Of a stretch of DNA of 64,000 nucleotides, positions 39,998 through 51,500 are shown in pieces (positions within the stretch are counted from its first letter, which is position 1; the number at the start of each line of letters is the position of its first letter). The DNA is from Candidatus Eiseniibacteriota bacterium. Its GTDB lineage: Bacteria > Eisenbacteria > RBG-16-71-46. A program made the position numbers and the translations under genes. The stretch covers positions 1-64,000 of the forward strand of contig JANMQY010000030.1 in the NCBI GenBank assembly GCA_031370785.1, written 5' to 3'. Below the pieces are notes generated by a model, which was given only the letters and a program-made list of their open reading frames with translations, was not told the DNA's origin and did no database searches.

Positions 39998-42447
39998 GTC
40001 GGCGCTCCCACCGGCACCGCAGAGGGCGTTTTGATGTTCGTGCTTCGGCGAATGCCGGTGAGCTTCGTGCGCTTCAGCATCAACGCGTTGATCGCGACCA
40101 GCGCCGAGCTGCCGGACATGGCCAGCGCGGCGATGCTGGGCCCCAGCAACACCGGATACAGGGCGCCGGCCGCGAGCGGGAAGGCGATGACGTTGTAGCC
40201 GACGGCCCACCACAGATTCTGGTGCATCTTTCGCAACGTCGCCCGCGAGAGCTCGATGGCACCGACGACATCAAAGGGGTCGCTCTTCATCAGGACGACG
40301 TCGGCGCTTTCCATCGCGACGTCAGTGCCGGCGCCAATCGCAAAGCCGACATCGGCCTGGGTCAACGCGGGGGCGTCGTTCACGCCATCGCCGACCATAC
40401 CGACTTTTTTCCCTTGCGCCTGGAGCTCCTTGACCTTGCTCGCCTTGTCGCCGGGGAGCACATCGGCGAACACAAGATCAATGCCGAGCTCGCCCGCGAT
40501 GCGCTCGGCCGTGCCCCGATTGTCGCCGGTCAGCATGGCGACCTCCACGCCGCGGTCGCGCAGCGCCTTCACCGCCAGTGCGGCAGTTGGCCGAGGGGCG
40601 TCGGCGATGGCGAAGAGCCCCAGGATCTGACCGGCCTGAGCCACATGAACGACGGTGCGGCCGGCACCCTGCAATTCGGCAGACTTGGAAGCAAGTCCCC
40701 CGAGGTCGATCCTTTGCGCGCTCATGAGCCGCCCATTGCCCAGAAAGACGGTCTTGCCGCCAACCTCGGCCTGCGCTCCCATGCCCTCGAGATTGACGAA
40801 GCCGGTCGCCCTGGGTGCGGTCACGTTCGAGGCCCGGCGCAGGATCGCCTGTGCCAGAGGATGATCCGATCCCGCCTCGACCGCTGCGGCGGCAGACAGA
40901 AGCTGTTCCTCTGTGACACCGGGGACGGTCATGAGGTCCACGACCTCGGGCTGGCCCATGGTCAGCGTTCCCGTCTTGTCGAAGATGATGACGTCGAGCT
41001 TGGTGGCGTCCTCGAGGGCGGAGGCGTTCTTGAAGAGGATGCCGTTCATGGCGCCAAGACCCGTTCCGACCATGACCGCCATCGGGGTCGCGAGCCCGAG
41101 CGCATCAGGGCATGCGATCACGAAGACGGTGATGGTCAGGCTCAGTGCGAACAGCAGGGTCTGACCGATCACCCAATACCAGACGACAAATGTGAGCACC
41201 CCGATCAGCACCGCCGCCAATACCAGCCATTGCGATGCGCGATCTGCGAGAAGCTGCGCAGGCGCTTTCGAGTTCTGGGCTTCCTGGACCAGCTTGACGA
41301 TCTGAGCGAGGGCGGTGTCCGCCCCGACCCTGGTGGCGCGATAACGAAAGATGCCACTCTTGTTGATGGTTGCGCCGATGACCGTGTCACCGACCTTCTT
41401 GGCCACGGGCATCGACTCGCCGGTCAGCATCGACTCGTCGACCAGGGACTCTCCCTCGGTCAACGTTCCATCCACCGGGATCTTGTTCCCGGGACGGATC
41501 ACCACGATGTCATCGGCGACGACTCCGGCGGTTGGTACCTCGATCTCCCGACCGTCGCGCAGCACCATGGCTTTCGGCGGTGCCAGATCCATGAGCGCAC
41601 GAATCGCGGCCGAGGCACCGGCGCGAGCTCGCATCTCCAGCCAGTGCCCGAGCAGGATGAAAACAAGGAGTACGGCCGATGCCTCGTAGAACTGGGGTCC
41701 GCCGAACCAGAAGGTAGCGCCGACGCTGAATAGATATCCCGTGCCGACGCTCAGAACGACCAGCACCGCCATGTTCGCGACTCCGTTCCTGAGCGCGCGA
41801 TAGGCCGCGATGACGAATGGCCAGACCGGATAGAGGATGGCCGCGCTCGCCAGCCCGAACAGGAAGACGTCGAGCCTCATACCGAAGGGTGGGGTCAGAC
41901 GGATGAGATCCATTCCCATTGGCGAGTAGGCAAAGATCGGTAAACTGAAAACGAGCGCAATCAGGAAGCGGTTACGCATGTCGCGGGCCATGGCCTGCAT
42001 GTCCATGCCAGCACCGTGACCCATCTCATGCGCCATCGCATCCGGTTGCGCGGCGTGCGAACCGTGGGAAGTTCCGGGCGCCTCTTCGCGCGTAGCGGCT
42101 GGTGCCGCGGGTCGCACGGCACCATGTGGAGTCTGGTGATCAATGTGGGCCGCCATCGTGCCCGCCCCCGGCGGGAGCGCCTCCCGGCGCTGTGTTGGAG
42201 GCCGCACGTCGCACAGGTGGCGCGGAAGAATTTCTCCGGCGCAGTGATGGCCGCACGCCTCGATCGTCGACATGATCTCCGGGGGACCCGTTCGCGCCGG
42301 ATCGTAGGTGATAGTCGCCGTGCCGGAAGCCGGGTTCGCCGATGCGCCCGTGACACCTGTCAGCCGCATGAGCTGTTTCTCGATTCCCTGCGAGCTCAGG
42401 ACCGAGAACAGGTCCCGAACCTCCAATGTGATCGTGCGAGAACTCAT
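39994..42447 (-). CDS. Copper-type P1B ATPase with CPD motif and His/Met-rich N-terminus
   Basis: [28 protein letters not shown] and MSGSS motifs. Confidence 0.9.
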   Translation of the reverse strand: MSSRTITLEVRDLFSVLSSQGIEKQLMRLTGVTGASANPASGTATITYDPARTGPPEIMSTIEACGHHCAGEILPRHLCDVRPPTQRREALPPGAGTMAAHIDHQTPHGAVRPAAPAATREEAPGTSHGSHAAQPDAMAHEMGHGAGMDMQAMARDMRNRFLIALVFSLPIFAYSPMGMDLIRLTPPFGMRLDVFLFGLASAAILYPVWPFVIAAYRALRNGVANMAVLVVLSVGTGYLFSVGATFWFGGPQFYEASAVLLVFILLGHWLEMRARAGASAAIRALMDLAPPKAMVLRDGREIEVPTAGVVADDIVVIRPGNKIPVDGTLTEGESLVDESMLTGESMPVAKKVGDTVIGATINKSGIFRYRATRVGADTALAQIVKLVQEAQNSKAPAQLLADRASQWLVLAAVLIGVLTFVVWYWVIGQTLLFALSLTITVFVIACPDALGLATPMAVMVGTGLGAMNGILFKNASALEDATKLDVIIFDKTGTLTMGQPEVVDLMTVPGVTEEQLLSAAAAVEAGSDHPLAQAILRRASNVTAPRATGFVNLEGMGAQAEVGGKTVFLGNGRLMSAQRIDLGGLASKSAELQGAGRTVVHVAQAGQILGLFAIADAPRPTAALAVKALRDRGVEVAMLTGDNRGTAERIAGELGIDLVFADVLPGDKASKVKELQAQGKKVGMVGDGVNDAPALTQADVGFAIGAGTDVAMESADVVLMKSDPFDVVGAIELSRATLRKMHQNLWWAVGYNVIAFPLAAGALYPVLLGPSIAALAMSGSSALVAINALMLKRTKLTGIRRSTNIKTPSAVPVGAPT

Positions 42448-43223
42448 GGCAAGTGATCTCCAAGGGTGCCCGAGACCTTTAGTCGTGACGAAGGCGTTGA
42501 GCCAGCGACGACACCGGCGTGCGAGGCTGCGGACGCCGACGTGGACCATGTGAAGTGCTCGTAGACGGCCGACCAATAGCCGCCGAACGCCGCTGCGAAG
42601 AGCAGCTCCTCGACCGGCAGACCGGCAATCATGAGTTCTGAGAGCGCGGGAAGGTTCCATACTCGTCCGATGTAGCCCGGCACGGTTATCTCGAGGCCGA
42701 GCAGGAGGACGGTATAGAAGGTGAAGAAAAGGACTGCGCCTACCCAGGTTCTGGCTTTCAGGTCGGGCCGACAGGCCATCGCCGCAAGCGCACCGGTTCC
42801 CATCGCTACGATCGCAGGGTAGATCGGATTCCAATGGAAGAGGAGAAGAGGCGGGAATACGAGCACGGGTGCCGCCAGTGCCAGTCTGTGGAGGCGATGC
42901 CGCATGTGACGCTGCTCCGTCGCCGGAAGTCGTACCGTCACGCGGCGGGTGAGCACATCGTAGAGAACCAGCCCCACGCCCCCGATCGCGAAGCTGAAGA
43001 TCAGGCTCTCAACATCGAAGCCAGTGCGCAAGGCGAGGTCGAACAGGCTCGGTGGGGACCAGTAGGCGGGTACGAACAATGGCTCGGTGAGCCCGAACGG
43101 CAGGGTGACCAAGCTCGCACGCAGCATGATCCGGCGCTTGGCGGGAACCCCGAGATAGAGCAGCAGCCAGGGAATCAGGAACGCGCTCGACCAGATGAGC
43201 CACACGTAACGCTCGGAGATCAT
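42444..43223 (-). CDS. Lycopene-cyclase-domain membrane protein
   Basis: [23 protein letters not shown] and GLPVEELLF motifs. Confidence 0.75.
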   Translation of the reverse strand: MISERYVWLIWSSAFLIPWLLLYLGVPAKRRIMLRASLVTLPFGLTEPLFVPAYWSPPSLFDLALRTGFDVESLIFSFAIGGVGLVLYDVLTRRVTVRLPATEQRHMRHRLHRLALAAPVLVFPPLLLFHWNPIYPAIVAMGTGALAAMACRPDLKARTWVGAVLFFTFYTVLLLGLEITVPGYIGRVWNLPALSELMIAGLPVEELLFAAAFGGYWSAVYEHFTWSTSASAASHAGVVAGSTPSSRLKVSGTLGDHLP

Positions 43224-43422
43224 GACTGGACCCGTCTTTCTCCCGGGCCGAAAGGAGCTCGGCGCGCACCTGGTTGAAGCGGAAAGCCCCGCTCACCGCG
43301 CATCGTCTTCTCCTGTGGGACTGGATATCGTCCTGCTAGTAACGTACCGCGTAGACGGGCTCGGCCCCCGTTCAACGGCAAGCTTCGACGAATTACCAAA
43401 CGGCCCTACCATGGGGCGGATC

Positions 43423-45345
43423 ATGGAACGCACTTCAGAAAAAAGTTCTCGACCAAGCGCCTCGCGAGCTCTGCGCTTGCAGAGTCACCTCTCGATGGCT
43501 GGCATTTGGCGGCGCAGGACCACCGTCATCGCGGCCCTTTCGGTCGCGGCCATCCTCGTGCATCTGATCCTTCGATTCGGCTTCCGCACGAGTCGGGGCG
43601 CACTTGAAGCCCCGTTGTTGTCCGCGTTGATTCTCGGAGGCCTGCCACTTGTCTATGACCTTCTGAGGAAACTCTCAAGACGGGAGTTTGGTTCCGATCT
43701 GCTGGCCGGCATTTCGATAGTCACATCGGTGTGGCTTGGCGAGTACCTGGCGGGCACGATCGTCGTCTTGATGCTGTCGGGAGGCGAGGCGCTGGAGAAT
43801 TACGCGTTGAGGAGCGCCTCCTCTGTGCTGGCCGCACTGGCCAAACGCATGCCCTCGGTCGCACACCGCAAGCGAGGTGCTGAGATTCTCGATGTGGCAC
43901 TGGCGGAGATTGCCGTTGGCGATGCGCTTGTGGTCTATCCCCACGACATCTGCCCGGTGGATGGCGTGGTCGTTGAAGGCCACGGTGTGATGGATGAATC
44001 CTACCTCACCGGCGAGCCGTTTCAGATTACGAAGACTTCCGGCTCGACCGTGATGTCAGGCGCAATCAATGGTGAATCTGCGCTGACCATTCAAGCCACC
44101 AAGGTCGCCGGGGATTCGCGCTACGCGAAGATCATGGAAGTCATGCGCGAGTCCGAGGCAAAGCGTCCGCAGCTTCGGCGACTGGGCGACCAATTGGGTG
44201 CGATCTACACCCCGCTGGCTGTCGCGGTCGCCATCCTGGCGTGGGCAATGAGCGGTGACGCCATTCGTTTCCTCGCAGTGTTGGTGATCGCGACACCCTG
44301 CCCTTTGCTGATTGCAATCCCTGTCGCAATCATCGGCTCGATATCCCTCTGCGCTCGCCGGGCGATCATCGTAAAGAGTCCCGTCGTGCTGGAGCAGATC
44401 GTCGGATGCCGGACTGCGATCTTCGACAAGACCGGTACGCTCACGTATGGAGAGCCGAAGTTGACCGAGAGGAACATGGCCGCGGGCTTCGAGCAGAAAG
44501 AAGTGCTGACGCTCGTAGCCGGCCTGGAGCGCTACTCGAAGCATCCGCTGGCGCGGGCCATTCTCGTCGCGGCGGATGAGGAGGGCATTCAGCTTCCGGA
44601 GGCCACCGAAGTTGGCGAGCAACCAGGCCGCGGGTTGCGCGGAACTGTCCTGGGCCACCAGCTGCAGATCACGAGCCGCAACAAACTCGGCACGCAAGGT
44701 ACGACCGGCACGGATCAACTGCCCCCGGTCACCGGCGGGCTTGAATGCGTGGTGGTGATCGACAATCGCTATGCAGCGGCGTTTCGCTTTCGCGATGCGC
44801 CGCGAACCGAGAGTCGTTCCTTCGTGAAGCACCTGGGACCGAAGCACCACTTTGCGCGTGTGATGATCGTGTCGGGAGATCGTGGGGCTGAGGTTCGTTA
44901 TCTGGCCGAGCAAGTGGGCATCAGCGAAATCCACGCCGAGCAAAGCCCCGAGGAAAAACTTGCGATCGTGCGCAAGGAGACCTCTGTGGCCAAGACGCTC
45001 TACGTTGGCGACGGCATCAACGACGCACCCGCCATGATGGCCGCAACCGTCGGCATGGCGATCGGGCAGAACAGCGACGTGACCACGGAGGCCGCGGGAG
45101 TTGTCGTGATGGACAGCTCGCTGGAGAAGGTCGACGAGTTCATGCACATCAGCCGGCGGATGCGCTCCATCGCTCTTCAGAGCGCAGTGGGTGGCATGGC
45201 GCTCAGCGTCATCGGCATGGTCTTCGCAGCCGCCGGGACTCTGAGTCCGGTTAACGGCGCGATCAGCCAGGAAGTCATCGATGTGCTGGCAGTTCTCAAT
45301 GCTCTGCGCGCGGCGTTTCCTCCGAAGGTGATTTCCGACCTGTGA
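43423..45345 (+). CDS. P1B-5-type heavy-metal ATPase without hemerythrin domain
   Basis: TGEP, ATPCPL, DKTGT, GDGIND and QEVID motifs. Start uncertain (43411, 43423 or 43495). Confidence 0.88.
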   Translation: MERTSEKSSRPSASRALRLQSHLSMAGIWRRRTTVIAALSVAAILVHLILRFGFRTSRGALEAPLLSALILGGLPLVYDLLRKLSRREFGSDLLAGISIVTSVWLGEYLAGTIVVLMLSGGEALENYALRSASSVLAALAKRMPSVAHRKRGAEILDVALAEIAVGDALVVYPHDICPVDGVVVEGHGVMDESYLTGEPFQITKTSGSTVMSGAINGESALTIQATKVAGDSRYAKIMEVMRESEAKRPQLRRLGDQLGAIYTPLAVAVAILAWAMSGDAIRFLAVLVIATPCPLLIAIPVAIIGSISLCARRAIIVKSPVVLEQIVGCRTAIFDKTGTLTYGEPKLTERNMAAGFEQKEVLTLVAGLERYSKHPLARAILVAADEEGIQLPEATEVGEQPGRGLRGTVLGHQLQITSRNKLGTQGTTGTDQLPPVTGGLECVVVIDNRYAAAFRFRDAPRTESRSFVKHLGPKHHFARVMIVSGDRGAEVRYLAEQVGISEIHAEQSPEEKLAIVRKETSVAKTLYVGDGINDAPAMMAATVGMAIGQNSDVTTEAAGVVVMDSSLEKVDEFMHISRRMRSIALQSAVGGMALSVIGMVFAAAGTLSPVNGAISQEVIDVLAVLNALRAAFPPKVISDL

Positions 45346-45407
45346 CCGCCGTGGGAAAGCTGACGCGGCCCGCCATCTCGACGACCTCGTCGGCTAGTGC
45401 CCGTGCG

Positions 45408-45515
45408 CTCGTCGCCTCGTCCGGATACGCGTCCGAGGCGGCGTTACGCACCGTATTCAAGAAGTGGCTCGGCGATTCGCCGCGAAGCTATCGAGCGCGC
45501 GCGCGATCTGCGTGA
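45408..45515 (+). pseudogene. AraC-family regulator C-terminal HTH remnant (not in ORF track)
   Basis: Translates LVASSGYASEAALRTVFKKWLGDSPRSYRARARSA*; no upstream gene body. Confidence 0.75.
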
Positions 45516-45537
45516 GGCCGCAAGTGCCGCGGCCCTG

Positions 45538-46203
45538 CTACTCGGGCTTCCGGTACGGGAAGTTGCCCGCCACCTTCTTCAGCAGCGACTTCGTCATGCC
45601 CTCGACGGAATTCGTTAGCCCGCCCTTGTCGGTGTGGTCGTAGCTCCAGAGCAGCGTACCGTCCGCGCCATTGTGAACCGCCATGTTGATATCCACGCGC
45701 TGCGTCGAGCCGCTGAATCCAACGAGAAGGGTCTGTGCCATGGCGACCCCGGTGGACGTCGGCTGCGCTTGGTGCACCGTTCCCGAGACCAGCGCGTCCA
45801 CGCCCAGGGCCTTTGCGATCTCGTCTTTGGTGCGCATCGAGAGGCCGTCGAGCGGCATGCCGGCTCGCGCCAAGAGGGCGTTGGTCTGATCGACATCCTG
45901 GAAGCCGACGGTATAGTCGCCTTCCTGCGCGCGCTGCAGAAACCGGGCGTGGAGCTGCCTCTGAAACTCGAGCGCCTCTTCGTTCTCCGAGCTCTTGACC
46001 ATCTCGAGCGTGGTGTTCTTCGAGAGATTCTTGGAGCTAATCACGACCTTGAACGGAAGGATCGCGATCGTCTTATGATCCTTCGCGAGCTGCGCGAACT
46101 GCGGATGCGTGTACTTCTGCGCGGCGGCGAAGCACGGTGCGGCGAACACGACCGGGAGCGAAACAAGGGTGAGAACGAGAGCGATTCTGTGCGCGACGAT
46201 TAT
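45538..46203 (-). CDS. Secreted hypothetical protein, apparent ATA start
   Basis: GGAGG-N5-ATA restores a full signal peptide; KTIAILPF...EIAKALGVDALVSG. Confidence 0.65.
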   Translation of the reverse strand: MIVAHRIALVLTLVSLPVVFAAPCFAAAQKYTHPQFAQLAKDHKTIAILPFKVVISSKNLSKNTTLEMVKSSENEEALEFQRQLHARFLQRAQEGDYTVGFQDVDQTNALLARAGMPLDGLSMRTKDEIAKALGVDALVSGTVHQAQPTSTGVAMAQTLLVGFSGSTQRVDINMAVHNGADGTLLWSYDHTDKGGLTNSVEGMTKSLLKKVAGNFPYRKPE

Positions 46204-46336
46204 GGAATCCTCCAGCGGGCGGCACGACGCGATGAGCCTGAGGCGGCCTTCGACCCACGAGCTCCCGCGCCGCGGAGCAGACTGACACCAGCGCTTGCCA
46301 TTCTCAAGCCGGCTCGGAAACCGCCATTGGGCCGTT

Positions 46337-47449
46337 TCACACCACCGCGACCTTCACGCAATGAATCGCCGGCAGGGAATCGAAGAGACAGCTCCATTCC
46401 TCGCCGCCGTCTCGCCCGATCCAGAGCTGACCGGTCGTGGTCCCGAAGTAGAGCGCCGGCGACTTGAGCGTATCGACATCCATCGCGTCGCGCTGGACCG
46501 TGAAGTAGCTCGACTTCTTGGGCAGCCCGCGCACGAGCTTCCTCCAGGAATCGCCGCCATCTTCGCTGCGCCAGACCGCGGGCGCACCACCGGGACAGGT
46601 GCGAGTCATCGGCTCGAGCGGCATGACATAGACGGTGTCGGCGTCATCAGGGTGCACGACGATCGGGAAGCCGAAGTCGGACGGCAGCCCCTTCGCGATC
46701 GAGCGCCACGTGTGGCCGTGGTCGTCGCTCCGCAGCACTCCGATGTCCGGCCGCGGGCCGCCGGGCCCGGTCCAGTCGGCCCATCCACCGGGGTTCTGCA
46801 TGTAGAGCCGCCCCGGCGCGTCCTCGTGGCGCGCGATCTTGTGAACGCACTGGCCAAACTCGGGGTAGGGATCCGGCGCGTATCCGGCGCCCACGCCCTT
46901 GTTGGACGCGGTGAAAGTCTCTCCGCCGTCTTCGCTCAGGTAGTGGCCACCGGTCGAGATGCCGAGGTGCACTCGATTCCCATCGCGAATGATGGTGTGC
47001 ATGCACAGCCCACCGGCTCCAGGCTGCCACTTGCGAGCGTGCTCGTGGTTGCTGATGCCGGGAACCATCTCCCACGAGTCACCGGCGTCGCTGCTCCTGA
47101 AGAGCGATGCCGGCTCGACGCCGCACCAGAGATCCTTCTTGCCCCGGCCCGGCTCGATCGACCAGATATTCGCGAGCGCACGTCCGTCGTCTTTCGGGAA
47201 GGCGGGACCCGCTTTCGTCTCCTTGAAACTCTTTCCGAGATCGGTCGAGCGCAGAACCTTCATGCCGAAGAAGGGATTGCAGCTCGAGGCGTACATTCGA
47301 GGAGCGCCGCGCGTGTCGATCAGCGTCGAGTACACCGGGACCCCGGGTCCGAATGGTCCGCGCAGCGCGAAACTGCCGCGGGACTTCCCGGCCTCGGCGA
47401 CGAACAGGCCCTTCCTGGTTCCAATGCTGAGGATGACGCGCTTCCCCAT
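46337..47449 (-). CDS. Cytoplasmic BNR/Asp-box beta-propeller (WD40/YVTN/BNR-like)
   Basis: IGTRKGLF; repeated SxDxGxxW boxes; GGLCMH and GQCVHK motifs. Confidence 0.85.
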   Translation of the reverse strand: MGKRVILSIGTRKGLFVAEAGKSRGSFALRGPFGPGVPVYSTLIDTRGAPRMYASSCNPFFGMKVLRSTDLGKSFKETKAGPAFPKDDGRALANIWSIEPGRGKKDLWCGVEPASLFRSSDAGDSWEMVPGISNHEHARKWQPGAGGLCMHTIIRDGNRVHLGISTGGHYLSEDGGETFTASNKGVGAGYAPDPYPEFGQCVHKIARHEDAPGRLYMQNPGGWADWTGPGGPRPDIGVLRSDDHGHTWRSIAKGLPSDFGFPIVVHPDDADTVYVMPLEPMTRTCPGGAPAVWRSEDGGDSWRKLVRGLPKKSSYFTVQRDAMDVDTLKSPALYFGTTTGQLWIGRDGGEEWSCLFDSLPAIHCVKVAVV

Positions 47450-47451
47450 TT

Positions 47452-47757
47452 TCAACCTCCTGAGACTGCAGGAAGGATCGTGACGACGTCCCCTGCCGCC
47501 AGTGCCGTGTCGACCCCATCGAGGTCGCGCATGTGGTCCGAGTTCACGAAAATGTTGAGGTGGCGACGCACCTTGCCCGTCTCGTCGCAGACGTTGCGAT
47601 ACAGAGATGCATGGCGCTGCTCGAGCTGCTCGAGTGCAACGCGCACGGTGGAAGCCGACAACGAGAGCTGGGACGCGCCTTCGCAGTAGGCACGAAGCGG
47701 GCCCGGGACATGGATTGTGATGGTCGGGGCTCGGTCCATGATGGAAGAAGGTGCCAT
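47452..47757 (-). CDS. MoaD/ThiS ubiquitin-like protein
   Basis: IHVPGPLR, RRHLNIFVN and C-terminal PAVSGG. Alternative start 47739. Confidence 0.9.
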   Translation of the reverse strand: MAPSSIMDRAPTITIHVPGPLRAYCEGASQLSLSASTVRVALEQLEQRHASLYRNVCDETGKVRRHLNIFVNSDHMRDLDGVDTALAAGDVVTILPAVSGG

Positions 47758-47759
47758 TC

Positions 47760-48221
47760 CTACGATCGAGCGCCTTCGAGCCTGCCCTCCTCTACCATCT
47801 GGCGGCAGTAGGCGTAGAGCGCATCGTATACGATCCACTCGGCGGCGTTGATCTCGTGATCGTCCTTGAACCCGAGGCCGCGAAAACCCTTCGCGACCGC
47901 CTTGAGCCCGTCGGACTCAGGCTGGTTCCAGAGCGAGTTGTCCGTATCCGCCCCATTCACGATCCTGGCGAGGAGCACGAGTGCGGGGTCGGACGTCAGT
48001 CCGTGCTTCCTGAGAATCGCATCGAAGGAGCATTCCTTGCCATGATGGCCGAGCTCGACCCCCTTCACGTCATAGGGCGTCGCGCCCTCACGCTCCGCCA
48101 CCTTCATCACCTGGTCTGCGGGCACGAACAGGAATTCAGCCTTGGGGTCCACGAACTTCCGGATCAGCCACGGGCAGGCTACGCGATCGACCTGCACGTT
48201 CTCTCTCGTCACCCATTTCAT
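47760..48221 (-). CDS. Chromate-resistance ChrB-domain (ChrF-like) protein
   Basis: MKWVTRE...DRVACPWLIRKFVD, HHGKECSFD and YDALYA motifs. Confidence 0.9.
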   Translation of the reverse strand: MKWVTRENVQVDRVACPWLIRKFVDPKAEFLFVPADQVMKVAEREGATPYDVKGVELGHHGKECSFDAILRKHGLTSDPALVLLARIVNGADTDNSLWNQPESDGLKAVAKGFRGLGFKDDHEINAAEWIVYDALYAYCRQMVEEGRLEGARS

Positions 48222-48452
48222 CGCGACTCCCTTCCATGCAACGACGCGCGGCGGCACCGACTCGAGGGAGCCCGCCAGCGTGCTCAGATCGAGTAGTGGA
48301 AGCTACACGATTCCGGTGGCGAGAATCACCTGAGGCGTTCGGCCTGGGGCCGGCAGTGCGTCAGGAGGCGACGACATTGGCATGCAAGCGAGTTGAATTC
48401 GCCGGGTCGCTGCTGCTTGATCTCGGCGGCGCCAGCGAACGGCACAAATTCA

Positions 48453-48485
48453 CGAGGGGTCGACGGATCCCTCGTCGACCCCTCG
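48453..48485 (-). terminator. Hairpin terminator after the S8 peptidase
   Basis: Perfect 13-bp stem CGAGGGGTCGACG / CGTCGACCCCTCG with a 7-nt loop. Confidence 0.75.
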
Positions 48486-48505
48486 CTTGCGCCGAGGCCA
48501 GGGCC

Positions 48506-51500
48506 TCAGTTCATGACTACCATCTTGCGTGTGGCGTGCTGGTTCCCGAGCTGGAGCCGGTAGAAATACACGCCGCTCGGCACCTGTCGGCCGGAGTCGT
48601 CGCGGCGATCCCAGAGGATCGCCCTCCGCCCCGCCGGCTGAAACTCCGAAGTGACGGTCCGGATCCTCTCGCCCCGAACTCCGAATACCGTGAGCTCCAC
48701 GCGTCCCGACCGCGGCAGCGCGTAGCGGATCAGGGTTCCGGCCCCGGCCACCGGGTTCGGCGCGTTCTGCTCGAGCGCGAACCGCACCGGCACGTCGCCA
48801 TCGACGCTCACGTTCGGATTGCCGTTCACATCGAACGTCCGCGGCGAGGCTGGACCCCAGTTTCCAGCCTCGTCCCTCCCGCGGACCCAGAGGGTGATCG
48901 CGCCGGCGGGCAGAATCCGGACACGGATCACGCCCGAGACCTCGACATCGCCGTCCTCGAATGTGCCGTCCATCCACATTCCCCGTCCGGCGGGCGCCGG
49001 CTGGACGCCCTGCGACCACTCCGCGCCATTGACGCGGGAGCCTCCGGTCGCGAGATCCGACACACGTGCGAACAGGGTGGACACGGTCTCGTTGTTCATC
49101 GGGTTGGGATTCGTGCGCACCGACCCGGCCACGACCACCGGCCCGGCGATGTCGCCACCCGCGCGCTGGATGGCGAAGTCGCCGTCCGAGGCATCGCGCC
49201 CGTTCAGCGACGGACTGCCGTTGTCCGCCACATCCACGCGAGCGCGGTAGGTGCCGCCGTTGGTGAGACCGCTCACGTCCCATGCGTAGGGCGATGCACC
49301 AGCGTTCGCGGTCACGAGCTGCCACGAGCGGCCGCCGTCCGCCGAGTAGCGAATCGAGCGCGCGGCGATCGTCGCGCTTCCGTGAGGCGCCTCGGTCCAC
49401 GAGACCGGGATCGTGCTGTCCGCGATCACCTCGCCACCGTTCGGGCTCGCTACCGTCACGTCCGGATGGTCGTTGCCGATCAGCCATACCAGCGAGCGAT
49501 CCAGGATGTCGACGCGATCCGCAACGTTCACCAGCTGCGCCCATTCGAAGGCGTTGTAGAGCAGCTTGCTGGGCGTGCCGCCCCACACCGCGTCGGAGGC
49601 GTTCCCGTTGGGAGTCGCGCTCTCCCAGCGCAGCGCGATGTTGTCGGGCGTGGCGTCGGTGTTGCGCCAGACGTAGGCGCCCGTGCCCGAGCCCGGGACC
49701 AGCTCGATCTCATCGCCGCTTGCGCCCTGACGGTGCCCGACGTAAGGAACGCCGGCGACGTAGGGATCGCTGATCGGGTCGGTCGCGACGCCCTGGTTCA
49801 CGACCCATGCCGCGGGGTCTTCGAGGAAGCGCGCGTGGAGCGTGTTCTGGAGCCAGGCCTTTCGCGCCGGCGTGTACTGGCCGGAAGCCGGATCGGTGAA
49901 CGCCCAGGCGATGTCGTGACCGTTCATCGCCAGGCGCGCTCCACCGGCCATGAGCCGGTCGAGCGAATCGCGCGCCGCGTCCGGGACCGGCGGATACTGC
50001 TCCTGCCCCACCTGCCACCACACCGCGGTGAACGATCTCAATCCCGCGTTGCGGTTACCGACAAGCGGATTGGTGATCGTGCCTCCCTCCAGCACCGCCG
50101 GGTTCCAGCCGCGCTCGAGCAGAGCGTCTACGTACGTGTTGGTGGCGGGGAAGCTTCCATCGCCGATCACGACCAGGATGTCGCCGCGACGGCCGCTCAC
50201 GAAGCGGTAGTGACTGCCACCGTTGTCGTCACGCGTGAGATTGCCGCCCTGGTCCTTCGATTCGACGTCGTAGAAATATTCGGTCTCCGGCTGGAGCCCG
50301 CTGAGCAGCACCGCGTGCGAGAGCACCAGCTCCGGATACGCCTGCGTTGCCTGCCCGAGCGCCTGCGTCGTGCCGTAGTACACGCGGCTCGACGCCTGCA
50401 CGTTGGTCGCCCAACCCACGAGCTGGGTCTCGCCCCGCTCGGTCGCGCCCACTCCTGTGATCACCGGCCCGTCGAAGTCGACCGACGCGGTCGCGCTGAC
50501 GACTCCTGCCGGGGCGGCGTCCGAGTAGCTGACTGTCACGGCGTCGCCGTGTGAGACCGAGACCTTGCCGTCGCCCGAGGGCTGCAACCACGTCGTGGCG
50601 ATCGAGCCGGTGAAGACACCGCCGCCGCCTGAAAGCGTGAGCGCCTCGGGTGTCGACTCGGTGCTCGACGACACGCTCACCGTGACCGGACCCACCGCGT
50701 CCGCGTCGTCGACGCGCACCTGGATCTGATCGTCGCGTCCGTAGACGTGACGATCGAGGCTGAGCAGCCCGCTCACGTTGCCGACCCCGCCGGTGGCGGC
50801 GATCGCGAACGGCTGCGGACCGAAGGGCACGTTGGTGCCGCCCACCCGGATCGTCCACCGCCCGGCGAACGGAACGTTCAGGCGCACGCCTTCTTCGACA
50901 TTGAGGATGTCCGCGGTTCCGCCCGGCACCGACTGGCTATTGGTGAGCACGTTGCCGAGGTAGCTCACGCCGTTGGGATCGGTCACCGTGAGGTCCAAGT
51001 CGTTGACCAATTGGGTGAGCGAGGCCGGGTTGCCCTCGCGGTCCGTCCAGCACAGTGTGATCTTGAGCGGCACCGAAGTGTTCGTGACGTAGAGCTGGTA
51101 CTCGGCGTACTGGCCGGTGGTGAGCCCCGCGTTGTCGTCCACCAGCGCGGTGCGGATCGCATCGCCCGGGAAGAACAGCGCGTTGTCGAGCTTCATCCGC
51201 CCCCAGCCCACCGCGTTGTCGGGCAGCGCGTGCCCCGGCATGTCGTCGTCGGTCGAGCTGATCGACATCGCCTTGATCAGCGCCGCGCTCGGGATGAAAC
51301 CATTCGCCGGGTTCGGCGCTCCGGTCGGATACCAGCCGTCGGTCAGGTACTGCCGGATCAGCGTCGCGGCGCCGGCGGCCGTCGGCGAAGCCATGCTGGT
51401 GCCCGCGAGTCCCTTGTAGCCGGTGTCGTTCGCGCCATTGGCCGAGCTGATTCCGCTCAATGGCGTGACGCCATCGCCCGGCGCGCAGATCGTCGGCTTC

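Noticed and set aside
42444..43223. Carotenoid biosynthesis locus
   Set aside because: No crt genes nearby; the gene is coupled to a copper ATPase.
28102..45375. 15-bp direct repeat TGACGCGGCCCGCCA at 28102 and 45361 as possible att sites
   Set aside because: GC-rich 15-mers recur by chance in 64 kb of high-GC DNA, and there is no integrase or tRNA.
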